A stretch of DNA of 64,000 nucleotides from Eledone cirrhosa (Eukaryota): positions 350,486,001 through 350,550,000 of the forward strand of contig OZ024740.1 in assembly GCA_964016885.1 (NCBI GenBank), written 5' to 3'. Positions 38,852-53,209 of the stretch are shown here, piece by piece. The position numbers and the translations under genes are program-made. Below the pieces are notes generated by a model. That model had not been told where the DNA came from and searched no databases. It worked only from the letters and a program-made list of their open reading frames with translations. Numbering within the stretch: the first letter of the stretch is position 1; every line of letters starts with the position of its first letter.

Positions 38852-39126
38852 TTTATTAAAATAACATTAAAGTTTAAGCAAAAATCGCTTAACGGGATCT
38901 TCTCCATTAATGAGAAGATCCCGTTAAGGGTGAAACCAGCGATTCTTTGCTTAAATTTTAATCTGTTATTTTAATAAATATTTGCTCTACGGTTTTATAT
39001 ATATTTATATATATATATTACCCTTATAGAGCCCTTTTAGTCTTCACATTTATTATTATTACCAGAAGATCCCGTTAACAGTGGAAACAGCGATTCTTTG
39101 CTTAAACTTTAATCTGTTATTTTAAT
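38852..39126. repeat. Palindrome (38852-38978) plus a tandem third copy (39063-39126) of a short repeat, among (TA)n
   Basis: cttaacgggatcttctc-cattaat-gagaagatcccgttaag; the unit aagatcccgttaa...gaaa..agcgattctttgcttaaa also occurs at ~5985-6030. Confidence 0.85.
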
Positions 39127-39230
39127 ATATATATATATATATATATATAGTGAAAAATGGAACGGGAACAAAACAGAGAGGTAGTACGAACAAAGGTTTC
39201 ACGCTCTTGAGAGTGGGAGGTGGTGGGGAA

Positions 39231-39261
39231 CGACGTTTCAGGCATAAGCCCTTCTTCAGGC
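39231..39261 (-). ncRNA. Ultra-minimal hammerhead-like motif
   Basis: Minus strand: CTGAAGA-agggc-ttat-gcct-GAAA-cg-TC. Stem I is weak; (TA)n lies ~80 nt downstream. Confidence 0.5.
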
Positions 39262-39849
39262 GAATAGTGTGTGGGAAGAGAGTTCCGAGGGTGTGTAGGG
39301 GAGTGGGGGAGAGACATTTAGAAAGGGGGGGAAGGAGGAAAAACGGTGGAAGGGGTACAAATAAAAATAAATATAAAAAAAATAAATATAAAAAAAATAT
39401 ATATATATATTGCCCAAACTGTTGATAATATACAAAGCAATCAGACACAGTAAAGAGAAATATACAATGAAAAAAATATATATAGAGAAAAAAATAACCT
39501 CGAACTTCAATTGACCTGTAATACTGAATCTATTTATACATTACTTAAGCTATTTCCCAGATATTAACTGTTAATGTGAGGATAGTAATTATTTGCCATC
39601 TGTCACTCTGACCAATCTCATTCATCGTTTCTATCTCTATATTATTCATTATGTTCATCTCTGTGTTTCGCCTGCCCCCCCCCCCTCTCATCTTCTCTCT
39701 TTCTCTCCCATCTCTCTTACTCTCCCTCTTCTTGTCTCTGATCCTAATCCGTTCCCGGTTGCTTATGACACAGATGATGTGTTTTCCATTGAGTCTGATT
39801 GAACATGAGTTTGAAGCTGCATTGTCTTGTATAGTCCTGTTGTATATGG

Positions 39850-39877
39850 AAAGCCGAGCGATGGTATAAAGGGCGCC

Positions 39878-39923
<46 letters not shown>

Positions 39924-39951
39924 GGCGCCCTTTATATCATCGTTCGGCTTT
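39850..39951. repeat. 31 bp inverted repeat centred on (TA)n
   Basis: aaagccgagcgatggtataaagggcgcccca-(TA)n-tggggcgccctttatatcatcgttcggcttt. Confidence 0.93.
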
Positions 39952-40789
39952 ATATATATATATATGTTGTTTTTTTGTTGTTGTAGATAAATCACACCAC
40001 CTGATTTAATACTACCACCTGGTCGGTCAACGCCTTTCGAGTAGTTTACTCTGATGCAAATATTTGTAGGAGGCTATTGTAGGGAGCTATTGTTATTATG
40101 ATATTATAGCGTACCAATACCCTCTACCATAACCCTAGATGACTCTCCATCAATAATACTAAACTTGCTGAAACGTTCTTTATGTTTCTTTTTTTAATTT
40201 TCTTATATCTACACCTAACACATTTCGTACTAACTCACAAACTACACTCCATACTCCACCCAAAGACACATATCTCTTACACTTTATACCCAAACTTCAC
40301 TTTAAAATGTAATATCTGTGTATATATAAATTCCATTCTGACCGCAATTAGCTTTTCACTCTTTACTTTTGCTCAAATCTCCTTTTGCTCATATTCCGTC
40401 CTTCAGACGGAATATGTTTGAATATATGCCATATAGCTTTCAATGGCATATATCAGTGAAAAATATAGAACGGTGCTTTCGACCTATGTATAGAGCCTGA
40501 CATAACTTTGAAAACATATTTAAAGTAACAACAACTACAAAAGTGAAAACAAAATCCATTTAAATATCTTCAGTAAATAAAAAACATCAAACCTGATCAA
40601 CTTTCACTATTTACAATCTAGACAGTTTTAAATGTCATTGTGATGAGAGAAATATCCTTTTAACGATCAGATGTTAATAAACAACATATTTATGCGGTCC
40701 TTGACATCATATATTTCTAATATTTGTGGAATTTGCTGTATTTGTCTGTAGATATGCACGCTCTGCTTAATTTACTGTGACTATCATTG

Positions 40790-41888
40790 CAAACAAGATA
40801 AGACAGGTTTTGTTGAGCCTTTAACTATTTCCTATGAAAATCGGTATTTAGAAATGTAGTAATTGTGCATTTATTTGGATCAAGGTCACTTTGGACATTC
40901 TGTTATGTTGAAGGAAAACTACGACTATGTGAAAATATTACTTGAAAAGATGCGGTATGAAGAGTACATCTTGACTATATGTGGATATTAAAAATCATTG
41001 GATTGCTTCTACAAGATGGTTATAACAAGTATCTTTACTTTTTGTGTCTTTCGGACAGTAGAGCAAACCGTAACCATTGGATACGAAAGACATGAACAGC
41101 CAGAAGGGAGTTCAAAGCTGAAGAGAAAATAGTTTTAAACATGTCTCTGTTTAATCCCAGTAAGGTTGTGCTTTGCCCATTGCATATCAAGCTTAGGCTA
41201 ATGAATCAGTTTGTGAAAGCTTTAAACCAGGATGGTGACTGTTTCTAATACATAAGCAGAAAGTTTTTCGCCTTGAATTATGGGAAAATTAAGGCTGGTG
41301 TGTTTGACGGGCCACATATTACGCGACTATTGCAGGACGCGCGGTGTTTGGAAACTTTGTCTGGTGTTGAAAATGAAGTGTGGAATGTTTTTGCTACGGT
41401 TGTATATGATTTCCTGGGAAATAGGAAGTCATCCAATTATGAAGAACTTGTGCAGACCCTGTTAACCAATTAAGTCTATGGAGTCTAGATATCCAGGCAG
41501 GTGGAATACAAACATGATGGCTGACTACAGCTAGTGTCTGCAAAGAGACTCTCACTATACAAGTTATTAACGCAAAGCAACAAAGAGACGGTTCATTCCT
41601 TGAATAGCTGAAATATCTATCCTAAGATGTGTAATTAAACATTTTATGTAATATATTTTTAAACAATAATAAGTACAGTTTGATTTGTGTTAGTTTCTTA
41701 TTTCAGTATTGCATTTAATGGTGAAATGGATGGGTTTTTTTTGTAGCAAATTAATTCCTGTTCAACAAAAGAAACTTGACACAAAAGAAAAATTTTGAGG
41801 GCATTACTGAACTCAGCACCATCACAATATATAAGACGAATTGTAAAAATAAAGACAACTAATTATTCTTTCAAAAATGTTCCCAGTG
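40790..41888 (+). mobile_element. Chapaev3-like (CMC) DNA transposon relic
   Basis: GHSVMLKENY, FLCLSDSRA, PLHIKLRLMNQFVKAL, KIKAGVFDGPHI, FLGNRKSSNY; the right terminus ...tgttcccagtg is the reverse complement of CACTGGGAACA. Confidence 0.78.
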
Positions 41889-42784
41889 TAATCAAAGGCA
41901 TTCTATATATGTCCATCCGGGTATAGTGTAGCTACATTATCCAATAGATTCTTATTAACAATGGTATGGCTCAGTTTGAGGGAGATTTTTGCTATTGTTC
42001 TTAGTGATTCGAGAAACCAGCCACATAGAGGCTCCGTTGTTGGCTCGACTGAAAATTTCATGTGGGGTAGAATGGGTCCTGAGAGATTCAGCTGGTCTTT
42101 TGAAGAGGACACCTACTGACGGAGATAATGACATTTCGAGTACTGTTGTGACAAATACACACATTCTTGATTTTTTATTATATAACTGTCAGCAACGTGT
42201 GAATAGTGAGTCAGATCAGTTAGGTTTACTATGAATGAAATTGATGTGTCTTTTTCCTAACTTGCCGTTAGCCAAAAGCTGTAAGACATCAGTATTTTAT
42301 CTAAGGGGATAACATGTATTTCAACAGCTTAACGCCATAAAAAATGGGATAAAACTGCAGCACATGTTGCGACATTTCCTAGAAATGATGGTAGAGAAAT
42401 AAAAAGAGGCAAGAGAGAGAAAGGATGACCATGTTGAGACCATATAAGGATAAAAGACAAAAATATAAATACAAAATGAATGGGAAAAAATGTAATGTAA
42501 ATGGAGAGAAAATTAGAGAGTGGAAGAAAAGAAAACGTAAAAAGGAAAGATATGTGATAAAAGAAAGCTATTTGGACATCCATCAAGACAGAAGTATTGA
42601 CGAACAGACAGAAAGCTTGGCACACACACATATATAAACAATATATAAATAGACATACAGACATACATAAACATATATATGTATGTCTGTATAGGTTTGT
42701 ATGTGCGTGTATACACAAATAACGAAGACTTTAAAAAACCTTCCCTACACACAGACACACACATATATATATATATATATATAT

Positions 42785-42888
42785 GTAGACACAGATATAT
42801 ATATATATATATATACACACAGATACACATACACACACAAGCACACCTACACACATGCACACACACACACACACACACACACTCTCAC

Positions 42889-42946
<58 letters not shown>

Positions 42947-43014
42947 GTGTGTGTGTGTGTGTGCATGCGTGTAGGTGTGCTTGTGTGTGTATGTGTATCT
43001 GTGTGTTTGTCTAC
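42785..43014. repeat. Quasi-palindrome of CA/TG-rich arms centred on (TA)n
   Basis: cagatacacatacacacacaagcacacctacac...ccca-(TA)n-tggg...gtgtaggtgtgcttgtgtgtgtatgtgtatctg. Confidence 0.88.
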
Positions 43015-43048
<34 letters not shown>

Positions 43049-43390
43049 GTATGCATTTATGTATAGTGAAAAAGAGAGAGGAAAACTAGACAAATAAAAC
43101 AAGATAAAGGAAGAATAAAATGAAAAGGAGGATATAAAAAGAAATTAGCATGCAAGAAAGGAGTAAAAAAAGTGCCAATAACAATAAAAGAGGCTCAGTT
43201 TGTATTCACTTACCCCCACTAACATCTAACACCTTCAACTGAATATCTCGCTCCTGTCAAAAGCTTAATCCCTCCTAGTACTCACATCAACGTTCTCACA
43301 TATACTTTACACTTTAATTTCATCAATAAACAGTCAAATAAATAAACAGATAAATAAATGGACGAATAAATAGATGAATAAATATATGAA

Positions 43391-43433
<43 letters not shown>

Positions 43434-43827
43434 CAAAAACTTTATGGACCTTCCCTACCCTTATTAAATCCCGTTCTTACACAATGTGCCTTACGCAACT
43501 CCCATCAACTCTCCTCTAATTCAATTCTTTAATTATTTTAGCCTCACCGATCAACAGTTTTACATCTTTCTATACTAACAATGCGAACAAATGTTGACAG
43601 CTTCCCGCCTAGTATTTCTTTTTTCTGTTACCGAGAATCCAAATAAATCTCGATTCTCTATGAATAATAGTTATACTAGCTCTTGCCCTGTTCTGCCTTA
43701 CTCTAATCAATTTACATTTTCTTTTTCTTTAAACTTACTGAGTGTAATTATACATAAGTTTTGTTACATCGACACCACATTGAAATTAAAGTCGTTGAAC
43801 TCAGACAAATTATATTCTTATTATATA

Positions 43828-43924
<97 letters not shown>

Positions 43925-44027
43925 GTTTACATATATATATATATATATAAAGTCATAGATATATGTGTGTTTTGCAACGGGTCACGTTGGGGCTCAATGA
44001 AGAATTAATAAATTAAATAGTCAGAGC

Positions 44028-44492
<465 letters not shown>

Positions 44493-46414
44493 TCTGTCTG
44501 TATTGCAAATTATACTTCGGTTTCAGAAATTCTATACTTCTTTGCTTTAAAAATTATTTTACATATTTTTTTAGTTTTTACCTGTGATGTCAAGGCAGTT
44601 TATTCAATGTTATTAGACAATATTAGAAACCGTGATCACACGTACGTCTATTTCCCCAGCTCCCAGTTAACCAATTACTGGTATTGAAATGGCAGACATC
44701 ATGTTAGAACATACCGTCGTATTTGGAACATTCACACATTATCTGAAAGAGCACTTCCAAGACAATTTATGCAACATTTCACACAATGCCAGCAATTTAC
44801 ATAATGCATGAGGAAAGAAAACTACATTTTCCTTATGGAAGTGATAGGTACGCGACCCAACATATTTGAATTTGCGATTTATCTGATTAAATTAAACAAT
44901 ATATATTCTCTACATGACAGCAAAAGCTAACACACACATTTTGTGTTTTATGTATATAAATTCTATTGCCGCTATTCTGGTGTTAAATTTCAATACTTCA
45001 TAATCTCAAAGAAATTCAATTAAAGATTTGCAGATCACACCTTACAGCTGCTTAGATTTCGAGTGATCAATATAATTTTCAAGCAAGAATTCAAGGAAAT
45101 TACTGATGGCGTGCATCACCCTTCACTAACGTTAAAAAAAAAAAACAGTCAATAAATTTCGTACAAAGTAAACTAATTTGGATATCGGTATTATATAATC
45201 TCACATTCTACAGGGCCGAAATTGTTGCGAGGTTGGATGTTCGTATGTCAATGGTGATAAGTTGGTTCCCTTGCTAAGACCTTTAACTCTCAAGTGTCGA
45301 ATTTAATAAATTCTACCTTGTGTTGTCGTTATTGTTGCTAAATTCAGCGTACTACAAAATGCCTCGTGGCAGTTGTTTAAATTTGCTGAGGTTGACTTAG
45401 CCTTTCATCCTTTCGGTGTTCATATAACAAGGTACACATCTGGGGCGATCAGTTGGCGAAATTGTAGGACGGGATATATTTTGTGGTATTTATTTCAGCT
45501 CTTTACATTCAAATCTCGCTTACAACTACTTGGAGGCTATATTCCATATGTCATCTGGTTTAATGCTATCATCTGGTCCCTGAGTGTCTTTCATTGACTC
45601 TACTCTGTTCCAGGATTTCTGGCCAGGTCCCCCCACAAGTATCGGAGACCCTGGAAAAATCATGTGTACTGAGCAATAAAATAATTAGCTCCGACTGAGT
45701 AGACCCGTGATAAAAATCATTCTTTTCACGACTATCTCGTTGTTTAAGAAGGTGAATTAACCTATGTGTCCTTACATGTTTACAGATTTTAAATTGAGGG
45801 AGATCTAGTTGCGATTTTAGCAGATTTCTCGACGACACACAAGTTCCCCTTTATTAAATTTTATTGAGGGACATTTTATCTCAGAGAAACATTGGCGGGG
45901 TTTCAGCTATGGTGTAGAAATATGGACATAATGAAATGTAGTTATCAGATTAGTGGTCAAGTATGTTTCATGACTGAGAAAGGTGTAGGAATGGAGGTCT
46001 ATTTTTTTTTTGTGTATTAGACAGCTAATTCTTGACATTGTTGATAAGATCAAGCTGATATATATCCAGTAGAGGATATTTGAAACACTTTGTTGTTACT
46101 GCCGTGCTTTAGCTCTAGGTTAGATTTGACCAAAGACACATATCAGCCAACGCATTCCACCGATGACTTCAATTTTTGTTTTTCTTAGCTATTTTATAGC
46201 CACAGAATAGTAGATTATATAACGTTTTACCTTTTTAATATGACAGGGCAATTAAAGTGCATTTTGCAAATATTTCTAGCAAATAAAATAAGCACAGAGA
46301 GGCCTTAGGAGTGGTTTATATTTAATTTGAGATAACGTATATGCATAAGAAAAATACCTTTGTAGAAAAGATGGGCGTAAAGTAGAGAGAGAGAGAGAGG
46401 GAGAGGGAGAGGGA

Positions 46415-46451
<37 letters not shown>

Positions 46452-47276
46452 CGAATATGCGTAGTAGGAGTGCACGTGTTTAAAAGTGACAACAAAAAGG
46501 TCGCTTATGTAAAGATAAAAAAATTGTAAGGGTTATAACAGAGATGGTAAAGTCTGTGTTGGAAAATGCCACATCGACGCTTGCTCAGGATACGAACTCA
46601 TAGGCATGCGACTTTTGATAGAGTCTGTGTTGGAAAGTGCCATATTGACGTTTACTCAGGATACGAACTCATAGGCATGCGACTTTTGAGCAGATTTCCT
46701 AACTCCTACAACCCCCCCCCCCCCCCCCCAACCATTATGACAAGTTAAATGTCGTAAATGGAAATAAATGTGTCAGAGTTTGAGTGAATGTGTTTATGTT
46801 TAAATGCATCTGTGAAAGAGCGTAAAGTGAAGAGAATGAATTACGTTGAATGTATGCTTCTCTATGTGAATGCGTATACACGTGTCTGTGTATGTATATA
46901 TATATATAGGTAAGTGTACATAGTGTGGCTGTATTTGTGTGTGTGTGGGAGGTGTGCATATTTGTGTTTGGGTGTTCTCATGTCTGTGTGTGTAATGAAT
47001 GGGATGAGTACGTACTTTCTTATTGCTATAAAACGTTTAAAGAGCTTCATACTTGAATGGAAACCTTTGGCGTCAAATTGGCTTGTCAGTTTGACTTCTC
47101 AAATTGGTACAGACACATTCATACGCTTAAAAATATACCACATACACATATATACACAGAAATATATACAATTACACACAAATACATACAAACACAATTA
47201 ATTATATCTATCTATCTATCTATTTATCTATATATCTATCTATCTATATAGATGTCTCTCTCTGTCTCTCTCTCTC

Positions 47277-47332
<56 letters not shown>

Positions 47333-49572
47333 CAGGCAGAGACAGAGAGAGAGAGACAGACACAGAGAGAGAGGGGGTGAAAGAGGAAAGGCGAGGTCTA
47401 GAATGAGAGATTAGAAGAAGAAAGGCAAAAAATATAAATGTAGGGAAAGTAAGGGAAAAAAAGGAATGTGATGACGAAGCAGAAGAGAAACTATGCAATT
47501 TGAGAAATAAATTTAAGATAAGTTTGCAATTTGCTGGCAAATGCTACGAGGATTAATAAATAGTTATTTCAACTGACTTAAAACTTTTTACTTTCTTGTT
47601 TGACTATCATATTCTATTATTCTTTCATTCTTTACTCTTTACTCTTCGTTTCTATTATTTCTCCGTTATTTATCTATTTATTCAACCATTCATTCATTTT
47701 ATATATCAGTCTATATTTTTTTCTATTTTCTTCACTCTTTCCGTTCGTTCTGCTTTCTTCCATTAATTATTAGAGCTATTATTATTTTCATTAAATTTTT
47801 TCTTGTTTATTTTTTCTTCTTTTTTCTTCTCACTTTCTCATTCCTCCCATTTTGTTTCCCCTCTCTTTTTATGTTTCATTTTAAACATTCTAATTCATTC
47901 TTCAACTTTAACTTTCTCACTCTAACTCTCACTGTCTCTCACACAGTCACTCTGTCACTCTTTCGTTATCTCTTTCTTTATCTCTTACTTTCTCTTTGAT
48001 ACCCCGTTTCTATGTGTTTCTTTCTCGCTTTCTTCCCACACAATATGGTCTTCAAAATGGCGATTGATTTCACACTAACAGAAAACATCATCAGTCTTCT
48101 TCGTGTTTTGATTAATTCTTGAATAGATCGACTCTAATGGAAATGAGAAGTAGAAAATTATGAAATCGATGTCAAAATAGCAAGCAGGTTGTCATATTGA
48201 GAACAAGATTTTGTAAAAAAATGTAAGAAAAACAAAATTCCAATTATTTATAGATAATTAAAAATAGGATTTCTTCTTTAAAGTTCTGCATTGTTTTGTA
48301 ATAAATCAGTTTTAACAAACTAAAAAATAAATACTTGCTTAAAATAATAAATATCTCATTCTTTTTTAAATGTCTTCGGGATATTATTTATTTCTATATT
48401 ATGATGATGAGTATCATCATCATCATCATCATCGTCGTTGTCGTTGTCGTCGTCGTCGTCGTCGTCGTTATCATCATCATCATCATCATCAACATCATCA
48501 TAAGTATTAGTAGCAGCAGCATTGGTTGTTGACAGAATCCAACATTTTTCACGAGGTTCTTCGAATTGTAAATAAATATTTTCTTTTCAATTTCTAGCTA
48601 CATAAAAAAAGCAGAGTGTTTTTCTCCTCAAGGAACGGAGGAAAATATGATGGGGGTTGTTGTGACGGGCAGAAAAGGATAATGTGTCATTTGTGGGCAA
48701 GAAAGATATCTGAAGACGTTTCGTTCTCAAAAACAACAACAACAACAACATCAGCAACAATAACAGCAACAACAACATCAACCATTATAATAACAGCAAC
48801 AACTGCAATATGATCAGTAGCAAAAACGAAACTAACTGTGGCAACATAAATACAGAAGAACAGGAATAGTAACGAGATAAAATCAAGAGATGCTGACTAG
48901 TAATGGAGCTTTTTAAGAGGATGTCTTTGGGTCATCGAGGAAAGTGGCTTCTAATACGTCCACGAAGCATTATACCTGGTGATATTATGGGACCCCAACA
49001 AGCAAGGGAACAAGGATGCTAATCTTTACCAGTAATTCTCTCATGTCGTCATAACCACAGCCAGAACCTCCAGCTCTAAACTTCAACTCCACACGATATT
49101 AAAAGGTGTGACATATCCAGAGCTATCGTGGTTCGATGACTACTTAAGCAGAACAGACCGACTTGTTCAAAGCTGGCATGTAGATTCACAATAACACTAG
49201 CGTGGCGTATATAAAGTCCGAGTATAAATGGCAGGAGCTCAAATGGAACAACGGGAACAGTATGAGAAAAGTGCTTCAACGGCTTAGAAACTCTCCAAGG
49301 TAAAACAAAACCCAAAAGCACTAATATGTTATTTCGCTTAACCTTTCATAATTGTACGGAGGTAATGAATAAGCTGGAAAAGAAAAATAAGTGTTCATAA
49401 GGAACAAAAATCATATGACTCCCTCTAAAAGCAAAAGATAGGATGCCAATCATGATTTAATAGTAGTGTATGTCCTCAGAGGAAGTTTAATTACGCTAAA
49501 ACTTGTTCTGTTACACTACCCTCTTTCCCCTCGTAATCTTTCTCTGATCATACTATTCATTTGTATCTATCT

Positions 49573-49611
<39 letters not shown>

Positions 49612-49994
49612 TATATCTATATATAAGTAAGAGAAATGAGAGAATATTATTACGCTGGGATATGTGATACATCAAGTGTAATGAAACGAATGGAAAATAG
49701 ACAAAACATGAACAAATGAGAATACAAGGATATGAGCAAAAAAAGTGGGGAACATCAAAAGCATAACAATAATAACGAAACATTTCAATCTTCAACCGGT
49801 GTTTCGGTATGAGAACAGTCGGGAAACCATAATTAGTGTCGACGATATTTCTAACAGAGTAATGCATTATTCGGAACAGAGGAATAACACGAAGGACAGA
49901 TATCTACGTACGGACGATGCCCGTATATACAAATAAGTAATTTGACGAACATAATAATTGTAAGTAAATATCTGGATATATATATGCAACATTC

Positions 49995-50203
<209 letters not shown>

Positions 50204-50413
50204 ACAGAGTGTTGTAGTTTGCATGAAACATTGTTAAATAGAAAACACAAATTTAGATAATTTTGAAAACTATACAATGCACTAGAAAGAAAATTAAAAT
50301 TGCTAAGATAATAAAAGAATCTCACCTTAACAAATTTAATAATCTCATCTTAAAGTATTTAACAACTGAGTTACAAAAGGAAGGCCAGTTCCCGTCATTT
50401 TTTTTATTATGTA

Positions 50414-50979
50414 CTAGCAGTCATACCCAGCGCTGCACGGGATAAGGTATTTTGGAACGCGGGCCGCCAACAGACCTAATCGTGTAAAAACTGCATACCT
50501 GGACAGTATGTAAAGAAAATAAACCGAATACTCTGATGGCTTCATAATCTTTAAGATTTTCCTCGATGAAGCAGTCCAAGGGAAATAACTCTAAATGGGA
50601 TTTAGACGTCACGCCCCCAAAAAACCTTAAAAAGGTGAAAAAAATGAAGTTTTTTACCTAATGCGAGTCATAAGCCATGAAAAAGTTGGATTTTCTTTGC
50701 TCACGGTATAAAGAAGAAACTGACTAATATATAGTTACACTTTCAAGGAAATCGGTCTGACGTAACCCTAAAAAGCTGAAAAAAACGCAGTTTTTCACCT
50801 AATGTGGGCCCTAGCGGATCAAAAAGTTGAATTCTTTTTATGTAAATAACACTCCCTGAAACATAAGTAATACACATGTAAAATTTGAAAAAAATTGGTT
50901 GGGTACTTCTCGAGTTTTAGGCATTCAAACTCACATACACACACACACAGGCAGACATCCTCAGTTTTATATATATAGA
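50414..50979 (-). mobile_element. Complete non-autonomous Helitron
   Basis: Minus strand: A|TCtatatatataaaactgagg ... hairpin cccgtgcagcgctggg ... CTAG|T; A/T target with no TSD. Confidence 0.8.
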
Positions 50980-51236
50980 TATCTAAGACGTGATTATGGA
51001 GTATTTTGATATTCTCAGACCGGGTCTCTTGCAACAGAAAGAACTTCGCTAAAGGCATCAGCTGATGATTCAGCCCACCACTCCAGAACAGATCAATTCC
51101 ATTAGGTGAACAGGTAATCTTTTATTTAAGATGTGGGTCGAATTCAGGAACAAAAATGCTGAGATGGAATCCAACTATGAACAACGAGAATGAGAGACAA
51201 ATGTCTTAACCACTATTACTATAACTCCTACAACAA

Positions 51237-51611
51237 ATAATTGTTTCTACTTTTGTCACAAGGCCAGCAATTATCCCAGTGCATTATTAGTACTTTATTT
51301 CATTGTCCCCGTAAGGATGAAAGGCAAAGTTAAGCTCGGCGGGATTTGAACTCAGACCATAAAGGGGCGTAACTCTATTCTACAAAACATGGCGTCCGAC
51401 CCTCTACCGATACTGTCCAACAATTTTTGGGGAAAGGAAAAGTCGATTACATCGACCTCAGTGCGTTACTGGTACTTTATTTTATCGACCCCGCAAGGAT
51501 GAACTGCAAAGCTAACGTAAGCGAGATTTGAACTCAGAACGTAAAGGGCCGTAACTCTATACCGCACAGCATGTTGTTCCACGCTCTAGCGATATAGTAG
51601 CCAATCCACCA
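51237..51611 (-). mobile_element. Two tandem SINE copies
   Basis: Family match at ~51237-51416 and 51421-51611. Confidence 0.88.
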
Positions 51612-51655
51612 TTCTAACTTCAACTACTACTAATAGTAACATTACTATTACAGTA

Positions 51656-51711
<56 letters not shown>

Positions 51712-51725
51712 CACTACGACCACTA

Positions 51726-51762
<37 letters not shown>

Positions 51763-52046
51763 ACGTGCTGCTACTACTGTGTTAGAAATATAACTACTTC
51801 AGATATATACCATATCAGAAATGTTTTTTGTATATCAAATGATAACCTGTTTCAGCTGCAAAGCTGTAATAGTAATTGCTTTAAATGTTTTCACCTTTAC
51901 ATGTTAGTCGTTCAAACTTTGATTTGTGAGGAGGTGCTGCGTATTTCTTGTCTTGTATCTTGTGAAAATATAAACATCTCCAGGCTTCCCGCGTTTTCTG
52001 CTAAGTTCACTACAAAACTCTATCTACAAATGGTCGGTAGATTGAA

Positions 52047-52050
<4 letters not shown>

Positions 52051-52100
<50 letters not shown>

Positions 52101-52820
52101 TCTCACATGCACACACACACATACACATACACGCACGCACATACACACAGACTCTCACATGCACACGCACGTAACATACACATACACGTACGCACACACA
52201 CGCGCACACACGCACAGACACAGACTCTCAGACGCATACACACACACATACACACACGCGCACACACACACTCACATACATACACACACGTACAAACACA
52301 CATACAAACACACGCACGCACTACAAACACACGCACGCGCGCACACACACATATACATACACGCACGCCCACACACACACACGCATCACATCACAAACAC
52401 ACACATGCACACACATGCGCACATACGCACACACACGCACACACGCGCACCACATACGCTCACACGCACACAGAGACACATCACATACACTCACACAAAC
52501 GCACACACATAGACACACACACAGACACACGCGCACATCACACATACACATATACGCAAACACATTTAGAGACAAACACACGCACATACGCACACACAAG
52601 AACATAGACACACACACAGCACACACGCACACACACAGACACCGAGACATACACACACAGACACACACGCATACACACACACACACGTATACACATACAC
52701 ACACACATGCACATACATACCAACATAGACACACACAAAGACACACAGACACACACGCATACAGACATACACACATACACATACAGACACATACAGACAC
52801 ATACACACACAAACAAACAA
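52051..52820. repeat. 770 bp degenerate (CA)n low-complexity tract
   Basis: Direct read. Confidence 0.95.
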
Positions 52821-52999
52821 GCGCATGCAAGTCTTATAAGGAACTATTCTAATGAGCATTTTATATTGTTTGGTTTCGAAATATGTAGCAATAAAGTATA
52901 CATGGAATGAAAATACATTTTAGAATTTTGTTAAACATAAATCATATATTACATAAAAGTATTACTGATGAGGAAGACTACGACGATGAGAATAATAAT

Positions 53000-53183
53000 G
53001 ATAATTGCTTCTACTTTTGGCACAAGGCCAGCAAATACCCAGTGCATTACTGGTACTTTATTTTATCGACCCCGTAAGGATGAAAGGCAAAGTTAACCTC
53101 GGCCGGATTTGAACTGAGAATGGCAAGGGCCGTAACTCTATGCGTCAAAGCATGGCATCAGACCCTCTACCGATACTGCCAAT
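53000..53183 (-). mobile_element. tRNA-derived SINE
   Basis: Family match. Confidence 0.9.
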
Positions 53184-53209
53184 GATGATAATGCATAAAT
53201 ACTATGTAT

